Of a stretch of 33,723 bases of DNA, positions 24,572 to 32,000 are shown piece after piece. The notes beneath the pieces are model-generated. The model ran no database searches. It had not been told where the DNA came from and saw nothing but the letters and a program-made list of their open reading frames with translations. A program made the translations under genes and the position numbers. The DNA is from Promethearchaeota archaeon (GTDB lineage: Archaea > Asgardarchaeota > Lokiarchaeia > Sigyniarchaeales > SOKP01): positions 1 to 33,723 of the forward strand of contig JBHLPN010000006.1 in NCBI GenBank assembly GCA_048939445.1. The letters are read 5' to 3'. Numbering within the stretch: position 1 is the stretch's first letter; each line of letters begins with the position of its first letter.

Positions 24572-25753
24572 ATGAATGACAAACCTATTCCCAAATATCA
24601 AATTCGAGAAAAGACACCAGATGAAGAACTTGATACATTTCCAGATAAAAAATTACTGAAGAAAATAAAAAAAGAAAGAATCAAGTTAGATAAAGAAAAA
24701 AATGAATGGGAAAAAACGATCAATCAAATTGAAAAATACAAAGAAAATGTTGAAGATCTCGAAAAGAAAAGAAAAGAAAAAGAACTTAAAATTAAATTTC
24801 TTCTTGAACAACGAGATAACTTAAAAAATGAGTTAGATAGAACTAAAAATCAAATAGAACAACAAAAGCAAGATTTAGCAGCTAAAGATCGTCAATTTAG
24901 AGAAAAAATCAGGAGTAAGAATGAAGAATTAGATCAAAAAAATGCTGAATTACATAGATTTCAAGAAAAATTAGATAATTTAAGAGAGGATATTGCAAAT
25001 CAAAAGAAGAATTTAGAATGGGAAAAAGAAAGAACAGAAAAACGAATAAAGGAAATTAAAACGAAGATTCCGGGTATGGAAAGAAGAGAAAATGCTTTAG
25101 AAAGAACTATTAATGAATTAGAAAAAAAGTTAATGGATTTAAGAAATGAAATTAAAGATTTAACTAAAGAAAGAGATAACTTAAATAGGGAAATTAATAA
25201 TCTAAGGAGAGAGATTATTGATGAGAAAAATCGAATTTCTGATGAAAAGCAAAAACTTAAAGAAGAAAGAGAAAAAATTCGTTATAAAAAACAAGATGTA
25301 AATCTAAAGTCTCGTGAACTTGATAAAAAAAGAGCAGATCTAAAAAAGTATAAAGATAAACTAGCAAATGATGTAAATAATTTAGAAAAAAGAAGACGAC
25401 AACAGGAAATGAGATTAAAAGACTTAGAAAGAAAAGTTCCTGCTACAGAAAATAAATATAATTCCTTAAGTCGTAAAATTCCAAATTTAGAAGAAAAATT
25501 TAAAAAAATAAATAATGAATTTAGACAATTAGAAAAAGAAAAAACAAACTTAGATAGAGAAAAAAATCTTATTAAGCGTGAAAGAGAAAAATTAGAAAAG
25601 GATAAACAAAGATTTATAAAGGAAAAAAGAGAATTTGAAAGAGAACTAAGAAAGATTAAAACTAAAACTCCCTCAATTGAAACAAAGACTCCTTCGCAAA
25701 TTAAAACAAAAACTCCTTCGCAAATTAAAACAAAAACTCCTTCAAAATATTAA
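24572..25753 (+). CDS. long coiled-coil protein with an internal ~120-aa repeat and a C-terminal KTPS repeat tail
   Basis: About 330 aa of E/K/R/L-rich heptads with very few Pro/Gly; no P-loop or globular domain visible. Confidence 0.8.
   Translation: MNDKPIPKYQIREKTPDEELDTFPDKKLLKKIKKERIKLDKEKNEWEKTINQIEKYKENVEDLEKKRKEKELKIKFLLEQRDNLKNELDRTKNQIEQQKQDLAAKDRQFREKIRSKNEELDQKNAELHRFQEKLDNLREDIANQKKNLEWEKERTEKRIKEIKTKIPGMERRENALERTINELEKKLMDLRNEIKDLTKERDNLNREINNLRREIIDEKNRISDEKQKLKEEREKIRYKKQDVNLKSRELDKKRADLKKYKDKLANDVNNLEKRRRQQEMRLKDLERKVPATENKYNSLSRKIPNLEEKFKKINNEFRQLEKEKTNLDREKNLIKREREKLEKDKQRFIKEKREFERELRKIKTKTPSIETKTPSQIKTKTPSQIKTKTPSKY
25655..25744 (+). repeat. 21-24 bp coding tandem repeat encoding (Q)I[KE]TKTPS x4
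   Basis: CAAATTAAAACAAAAACTCCTTC[G/A] at 25697-25720 and 25721-25744, with two more diverged copies upstream. Confidence 0.85.
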
Positions 25754-25764
25754 TTATTTATAAT

Positions 25765-26811
25765 GTGAAATTCATGAATAATGTTGGAGCAATTGAAGGA
25801 GATTATATAGAAACAAAAAAAGAAAATTTATTTTTTGATGTAAAAGGTCTTCTCCATCCAAATGATTATATCGTCTGCTTTTTACGATTTTTTCCTCATC
25901 CAGAGGGAGAACGGATAAAAAATGGTACTAATTATAAAAAAGTTTACAGACTAAACGAACGATATACCCTTTTGAGAAAATATTATCCACACTTTCTTTT
26001 TTATTCGAAGGAACTCGATTTAGAGGTTCAAGGAGTTAAAAAGGAAGAAATTAAAAAAATATATTCTCCAAGAACCTTCTTTAAAGATTTATTGGGAAAA
26101 CATGAGTTATCTAATGGTGAAAGATCTTCAAAAGAGTTATGTCAATTGTTAATTAATAAAGGAAATCTTTCTGAGAAATCAATTGGGATTACTGGATCAA
26201 CAATGGTAGGATTAAATACTGAAGATTCTGACATTGATATAATAATTTATGGTACTGAGACAAGTTTAAAATTTCAAGAGGATTTGGCACAGATTTTTAA
26301 AAAATCAAATAATTTTCGGAAGTATAAAATAGATGAATATAAGACTCATTATGATTGGAGAGTTGGTGGTTCAAATATTCCATTTGAAGATTTTTTGAGG
26401 AGTGAACAAAGGAAACTCCATCAAGGTAAATTTTATAATCATGATTTTTTTATTAGGTACATTAAAAGTCCAAAAGATTGGAATGGGAGTTTTTATGATT
26501 ATCAATATAAAAATTATGGAAGAATTAAACTTAAAGCAGAAATAATAGATTCAAAATATTCTATTTTTACTCCTTGTTTATATAAAATAAATCCTATAAA
26601 AATTCTCGAAAAAAGAATAAATTCAAAGAAAATTAAACTAAAAGACATAAGTTCCATAAATTCGTTCAGAGGTCGTTTTTGTGAACACGCAAGAGAAAAG
26701 GAAAATGTAATAGTTGAAGGAAAGTTAGAAAAGGTGATTTTTAAGAATGAAATAGAATATTTAAGAATTTTATTAAGTGACCCTATTCATGATAAAATGA
26801 TCATTATTTAG
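25765..26811 (+). CDS. archaeal Pol-beta-superfamily nucleotidyltransferase (COG1665-like) with C-terminal OB-like region (start may be ATG 25774)
   Basis: IGITGSTMVGLNTEDSDIDIIIYG (GS..DxD), FDVKGLLHP, SIFTPCLY, SFRGRFCE, VEGKLEKV. Confidence 0.75.
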   Translation: MKFMNNVGAIEGDYIETKKENLFFDVKGLLHPNDYIVCFLRFFPHPEGERIKNGTNYKKVYRLNERYTLLRKYYPHFLFYSKELDLEVQGVKKEEIKKIYSPRTFFKDLLGKHELSNGERSSKELCQLLINKGNLSEKSIGITGSTMVGLNTEDSDIDIIIYGTETSLKFQEDLAQIFKKSNNFRKYKIDEYKTHYDWRVGGSNIPFEDFLRSEQRKLHQGKFYNHDFFIRYIKSPKDWNGSFYDYQYKNYGRIKLKAEIIDSKYSIFTPCLYKINPIKILEKRINSKKIKLKDISSINSFRGRFCEHAREKENVIVEGKLEKVIFKNEIEYLRILLSDPIHDKMIII

Positions 26812-26878
26812 TGATAAATAAAAGATTCTTAATTTAATTGATATTAAATAATTATAAAATTAGTATTTCATAAACCAA

Positions 26879-28189
26879 ATGGATATTTATAACGCAGATT
26901 TACATATACATTCTCCACATTCAATAGGAGTATCGAAATCATTGAATTTAGACACGATAATCGATACTTGTAAAAAAAAAGGTTTGAATATTTTAGGAAC
27001 TGGAGATGTTTTACAGCCAGATTGGTTAAAATATTTAGAACAAAAACTTGATAAAGATAAAGATAAAGCTTATTGTTATAAGGATGTTTATTTTATCCTC
27101 CAAACTGAAATAGAAGATCAAGAAAGCGTTCATGAAGTTATCTTCTTTGAAGATTTTGACATGGTAAGAAATATCCGAAAAAAATTAATCCCCCACTCAA
27201 AAAATATTTTGAGTGAATGGGGTGGTCGTCCAAGAGTCAATTTATCCCCAGCAGAATTAGCTGATATTGTTTCAGATGAAGGTGCTTTAATTGGACCCGC
27301 TCATGCTTTCACACCTTTTAAAGCAATTTTTCGACAAAACAAATTTAAAACACTTGAAGAATGTTATATTGATGCGACTAAAAAAATCAGTTTCATTGAA
27401 TTAGGACTTTCTGCAAACACTGATTTAGCAGATAGATTGGAATGTTTACAAAATGTGACTTTTTTAAGCAACAGTGATGCCCATTCGCAAGATCCTCGTG
27501 CTTTAGGAAGAGAATTTAACAGATTCGATATTGATAATCCCTCTTATTATGAAGTTTTACAAGCAATACAGAGGAAAAATGGAAGAAAAATTACATTAAA
27601 TGTAGGTTTAAATCCTAAACTTGGAAAATATTATATAATGTTTTGTAATAAATGCAGAAGAAGAATATTATTTAAGGAAAGGAAAAAGCAAGTAAATACT
27701 ATCTTTAATCAATATTCAATATCAGAAAATTTTGTTATATATTACTCGACTACTCCTCTTTCTTCAAGATTAGATTATTTAGAGCAAGTTTCTAAAAACA
27801 AAATCAACTGTCCAGCATGTAAAGAACAATATAATAAAAATTTTAAAGTTAAATTAGGAGTGAGTGAAAGAATTGAAAAAATATCTACATCTATTGAACC
27901 TAAACATCCAAATCATAGACCTCCATATGTTAATGCTATACCTTTAATTGATATTATTCGTGCTGTAAAAAATATTAAAAGCACAACTAGTAAAACAGTA
28001 TTGAATGATTATAATAAAATAATTCAAGAACTTGGAACTGAATTTGAGATATTACTTGATATTCCTAATAATAAGATCGAGGAGTTTAATAAAAATATAG
28101 CTTTAATTATAAAAGCTCTTAGGAATGATGAGGTTGAATATACTCCTGGAGGAGGAGGCACATATGGGCAAATAAATCTGAAAATTTGA
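26879..28189 (+). CDS. endonuclease Q-like PHP-domain protein with zinc ribbon (TIGR00375/COG1379-like)
   Basis: DLHIHS, GTGD, GRP, PAHAFTP, ELGLSA, SNSDAHS, LGREFN, GKYY, CxxC...CPAC, GVSERI, RPPY, GTEFEIL, PGGGGTYG. Confidence 0.85.
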   Translation: MDIYNADLHIHSPHSIGVSKSLNLDTIIDTCKKKGLNILGTGDVLQPDWLKYLEQKLDKDKDKAYCYKDVYFILQTEIEDQESVHEVIFFEDFDMVRNIRKKLIPHSKNILSEWGGRPRVNLSPAELADIVSDEGALIGPAHAFTPFKAIFRQNKFKTLEECYIDATKKISFIELGLSANTDLADRLECLQNVTFLSNSDAHSQDPRALGREFNRFDIDNPSYYEVLQAIQRKNGRKITLNVGLNPKLGKYYIMFCNKCRRRILFKERKKQVNTIFNQYSISENFVIYYSTTPLSSRLDYLEQVSKNKINCPACKEQYNKNFKVKLGVSERIEKISTSIEPKHPNHRPPYVNAIPLIDIIRAVKNIKSTTSKTVLNDYNKIIQELGTEFEILLDIPNNKIEEFNKNIALIIKALRNDEVEYTPGGGGTYGQINLKI

Positions 28190-28211
28190 TTTATAAAAAA
28201 GAATGAAATTC

Positions 28212-28451
28212 TTAGACTTTAAATTCCAAATCTAATTTCAATAGATCTCCACAGGTATTGCATGTCATCCAATCAAAAACTTTTACTGCGACTGTGAGTA
28301 ATTCAAGATCATTTCGAGGAAATTGATTTCTGAATTTCTTCTTGTACCCACAATTTGGACAGCTAATTATTGCCCTTACATAAATTAAATCGCTGTCTCC
28401 TGAAGCACTTACAGAATTACCACTACTGTTTTTAGTGTTATCAATTTCCAT
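28212..28451 (-). CDS. small C4 zinc-ribbon protein
   Basis: CPNCG...CNTCG; ATG 28451 is preferred over TTG 28466; divergent from ftsZ. Confidence 0.65.
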   Translation of the reverse strand: MEIDNTKNSSGNSVSASGDSDLIYVRAIISCPNCGYKKKFRNQFPRNDLELLTVAVKVFDWMTCNTCGDLLKLDLEFKV

Positions 28452-28696
28452 ACAATATACCCCCAAGCATGATAATTATGAAAATATAAGTTTATAAATT
28501 TATTCTCTACAATGGTTTGTCTTCTTTTTCAAACGAAAAAAGGAATTACGTCAAAACTAGGTGTTTTATGGCTTTAGAATTAATAAGTAAAGAATGAAGA
28601 GTAGAAGCTATTATCGTATTATCTTCATATTACTTTCATATATTACTCGGATATCGTTCTCGTATTATAAAAGTCTCATTTTCTAGATGATATTTT

Positions 28697-29842
28697 ATGA
28701 ATTATGATGATATTTTAGACTTAGCTAAAAAGCGATCATCGGTAAGAGAAAGGTTTAATGAAATTGCCCGACATAATCAAAATCCTAATACAAACCCAAA
28801 TTGTGATGATGATCAGTTTTTAGCAGATATTTTAAAAGTTTTAAAAATTAAAACATTAGTTGTTGGTGTTGGTGGCGCTGGAAATAATACTGTCTCTCGA
28901 TTACAAGATATGGGTATTACTCATGCTGAATCTGTAAATATTAATACCGATGCTCATGATCTCTATTATTCGAATTCAAAACATAAAATTTTAATTGGAA
29001 AAGAACGATGTAATGGATTAGGTTCAGGAAATGATCCTTTTGTCGGTGCTGAAGCTGCAGAAGAAGATCGTTCAAGAATAAATCAAATAGTTAATGCAGA
29101 CATTATTTTTTTAACATGTGGGTTAGGTGGGGGCACAGGTACAGGCGCAGCTCCTATCATTGCTGAAGAAGCAAAAAAGAATGATGCAATTGTTGTTACT
29201 TTTTGTTCACTTCCATTTATATCTGAAGGAAAACAACGGGCAACCAGAGCGACAGTAGGTTTAAAAAATCTTTCAAAGTTTTCTGATTTTTTAATTCCAA
29301 TTCCAAATGATAATTTGCTGGAAATAGTTGGAAAAATTCCTATGATAACAGGATTTAAAATAATGGATGAAGTTTTAATAAGAAATATTGGTGAAGTAGT
29401 AAATTTAATCAATAATTGTGGATTAATCAACATTGATTTTGCAGATGTGAAAAAAACTCTATTGGAAAATCCAAATGGAAAATATCCTTCTGGATTAGTG
29501 GGAATAGCAGAATGTCTGGGTGAAGAAGCAGATTTAATTGATAAAGCAAAGTTAGCGTTAAATAATCCTCTTATAAAGCCAGATCCTAGCCAAGTGAATA
29601 GATGTTTAGTATCTATTACTGGAGATCATACATTAACATTATCTAAAGTTGATAAAGTAGTTTCTACAATTTCCCATGAGATCCCTGAACAAGCGCAATT
29701 AAAATTTGGAGTTCAAAATAAACCAGATATGGGTTCGAAAATAAAAATAATGGTCTTAGCAAATGGACCTGTATCTCCATACGTACGAGCTGCTGTAGAT
29801 TCAGATAATGACTTTACACCAACGAGTATAGTTGGATTTTAA
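28697..29842 (+). CDS. ftsZ: cell division GTPase FtsZ
   Basis: VVGVGGAGNN, INTD, GLGGGTGTGAAP signature, PF..EG..R, IPNDNL, T7 loop GLINIDFADV, ALNNPLI. Confidence 0.95.
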   Translation: MNYDDILDLAKKRSSVRERFNEIARHNQNPNTNPNCDDDQFLADILKVLKIKTLVVGVGGAGNNTVSRLQDMGITHAESVNINTDAHDLYYSNSKHKILIGKERCNGLGSGNDPFVGAEAAEEDRSRINQIVNADIIFLTCGLGGGTGTGAAPIIAEEAKKNDAIVVTFCSLPFISEGKQRATRATVGLKNLSKFSDFLIPIPNDNLLEIVGKIPMITGFKIMDEVLIRNIGEVVNLINNCGLINIDFADVKKTLLENPNGKYPSGLVGIAECLGEEADLIDKAKLALNNPLIKPDPSQVNRCLVSITGDHTLTLSKVDKVVSTISHEIPEQAQLKFGVQNKPDMGSKIKIMVLANGPVSPYVRAAVDSDNDFTPTSIVGF

Positions 29843-29923
29843 AAAAAATCTATGTTTTATTATTTTTCAAAAATTATTTCTTCATTTGTAAATTTTTAAT
29901 TATTTTCAAAATTATAATATTAA

Positions 29924-30382
29924 GTGATCTTTAGCATGCAAAAAAGCCAAATGCCGATTGAAGAACTAAAAAAAGAAATTCGAGAATTTTTGGATAAAAG
30001 AAAGGTACTAGTTCTCTGTACATGCAGTAACGATATTCCTCGTGCAACTCCAATGGATTTTTATACAGAAAGAGATAGTTTTAATATTTATGTAGGACCT
30101 GCTCCAGGAAGGAAAGTAATAAACATGGAACAAAATCCTAATATTAGTATTGGTATATATACGCCATTATCCGAAGGTAAAATTCAAGGAATGCAGATAA
30201 CTGCTTCAGGTGAAGACAGACTGGTCTTTTTAAAAGAAGGTGATGAAGAATTTGAACAAGCTCAAAAACTTGTACGAGGAAAAAGAAAATTAATTCTTAA
30301 AATAATACCTGAAAAAATTGAATTATTAGATTATTCTTTTATTAACAAAGGATATTCTAGATTACAGGTTTTAGAATTATAA
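29924..30382 (+). CDS. pyridoxamine 5'-phosphate oxidase-like split-barrel protein (start may be ATG 29936)
   Basis: VLVLCTCSNDIPRATP...RKVINMEQNPNISIGI...GMQITA...LKIIPEKIE. Confidence 0.75.
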   Translation: MIFSMQKSQMPIEELKKEIREFLDKRKVLVLCTCSNDIPRATPMDFYTERDSFNIYVGPAPGRKVINMEQNPNISIGIYTPLSEGKIQGMQITASGEDRLVFLKEGDEEFEQAQKLVRGKRKLILKIIPEKIELLDYSFINKGYSRLQVLEL

Positions 30383-30401
30383 AAAATCGATTTTAAATCA
30401 C

Positions 30402-31700
30402 TCAACTTATAATTAATGTGTAAACCATTGTATATCCCAAAATAAATAAAAAATGAATCGTTGCGAAAAGTGCACCATTTTTTAGCAAGCGTTTGTAATT
30501 TAAATTCTCCACTTTGTATTTTTTTGCCAATGATAGGGTGAGAAGATCACATGCAGAACCTTGAGGTAAGAAATTACCTGCCATATTAACACCACTTATG
30601 AAAGCAATGATGATCGGATTAGGAAAGAAGGAACCGTTTATTATAATTTCCCTAATTATTGGGAGAAGAATAATGGTAACGGGTGTACCTGCTAAAAAAG
30701 CGGAGAAGAGAGAAGTCAGGCTTAGTGTTAACAACACAGCGAGATAAATGTTATAATTTAATAAATTTACCAAACTTGTGGAGATTAATCCTGAAAAACC
30801 GAAATATGCTAAAGAATTTGAAAGAATGAACAAAATAGCAAAAATTATGATGATCCTCCACTCGATATCGTTCTTAAGATCCGAAAATTTTGTTTTCTTA
30901 GAGTGAATAAGAAGAAGAATAGCTGCAGATATGATTGCGACAAGGGCAGGTTCAAACCCTATGAACATGAAAGCGAACGTGGTCAGAATAATTATTATTG
31001 TTATTAAAAAGTACCTTTTATTCTCGATCACAATTCTTGGATCGAGCATTGATAATAGTATTTTCTTATTTCTTTCAGTTGGTTTTTCTTCTTTTCTCAA
31101 TATAAACCTATCTATGAGGAAAATAGTGGATATTAACGTCAGTATGAATAAAATACCCATATTAGCAAGATATTCACCAAAACCCCATCCAAATTCCTGA
31201 CCGATTATAAAATTTTTTAAACTTGAGATTGGCGTGAGGATTGCCCCGATGTTTATAGTAATTGTCATTCCCATCATGTATGTACCTGAAGGTATTTCTA
31301 AAACTCGGCATGTCCGGTAAATGAGTGGAATTAGTATCAAAGAGAGGGTAAAATCCTCGATAAAGGCAACCATAATGCCTGTAAACAGGCAAATCATATA
31401 GAAGAATAACCTGTTATTTCCTTTTGTCACATGAATCGATTTAATCGCAAGATATTCTAAAATTCGGTTATTAGTAGCAAAAAAGATGATTATTTGCATA
31501 GCAAATATGAAGATTAATGTGTTAAAATTGATAAATCCAAGAATTTCTCCCTCTGTAACATTTGCAAGTGTAAGCATTGAAACTACTGCGATGGCTCCTA
31601 TGATTAATGCTATTGGGAAATAATCAAACTTGTCTTGAGAAAAAAAAGCCATCAAAATCGCAAATAAAACCAAGATCAAGATTATTGCGGGTACATTCAT
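30402..31700 (-). CDS. ArsB/NhaD/SLC13 (ion transporter superfamily) permease
   Basis: About 12 TM; NIGAILTPISSLKNFII and NMAGNFLPQGSACD repeat motifs; DIEWRIII. Confidence 0.8.
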   Translation of the reverse strand: MNVPAIILILVLFAILMAFFSQDKFDYFPIALIIGAIAVVSMLTLANVTEGEILGFINFNTLIFIFAMQIIIFFATNNRILEYLAIKSIHVTKGNNRLFFYMICLFTGIMVAFIEDFTLSLILIPLIYRTCRVLEIPSGTYMMGMTITINIGAILTPISSLKNFIIGQEFGWGFGEYLANMGILFILTLISTIFLIDRFILRKEEKPTERNKKILLSMLDPRIVIENKRYFLITIIIILTTFAFMFIGFEPALVAIISAAILLLIHSKKTKFSDLKNDIEWRIIIIFAILFILSNSLAYFGFSGLISTSLVNLLNYNIYLAVLLTLSLTSLFSAFLAGTPVTIILLPIIREIIINGSFFPNPIIIAFISGVNMAGNFLPQGSACDLLTLSLAKKYKVENLNYKRLLKNGALFATIHFLFILGYTMVYTLIIS

Positions 31701-32000
31701 CTAATAAAAAGAAATGGTTTTTGTTTTAAAAACTATCACTTAGAATCAGAAATTTAAATATTTAAGCTGAGATGGAATCCTTTACCTGCTATAGCTTTAA
31801 TAGAAAATAAACTGATGATTTCAAATTAGTTCAAAAGCTTTATTTGAGGATTAATCTCGATAAAATTACGACTTTTTATTAAAAGCTTAATTGAGAAAAT
31901 GTATAATAAAATTGTTAAGAAATGATATATTAAATGAAATTAATATAGGAGAAGCATAATTCTTATATTTATATTATAAAAAAGTTTAGATTGGAATAAT

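Noticed and set aside
25655-25744. CRISPR-like array
   Set aside because: Contiguous in-frame coding repeats with no spacers.
24572-25753. SMC/Rad50 or ESCRT-III/PspA assignment for the coiled-coil protein
   Set aside because: No Walker A/B, hinge or zinc hook; the length and repeat structure do not fit Snf7/PspA.
19017-26811. Type II CBASS-like defence system (nucleotidyltransferase near E1/E2/JAB)
   Set aside because: The nucleotidyltransferase has the housekeeping archaeal COG1665-like pattern with no CD-NTase features I can see. It lies on the opposite strand several genes away, no effector is visible, and dedicated Ubls are present.
2376-31392. Short ORF-track entries antisense to or overlapping real genes (e.g. 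2376-2564, 2755-2961, 5079-5378, 7846-8115, 18837-19079, 21953-22303, 29083-29433, 30931-31200, 31174-31392)
   Set aside because: Shadow frames of well-supported genes with no motifs.
30402-31700. Horizontally acquired permease (looked slightly more GC-rich)
   Set aside because: Spot counts were inconsistent and there are no flanking repeats or mobility genes; it cannot be supported without computation.
31701-32000. tRNA, T-box or other ncRNA upstream of alaS
   Set aside because: Very AT-rich, with no cloverleaf or stable stems visible; consistent with divergent promoters.
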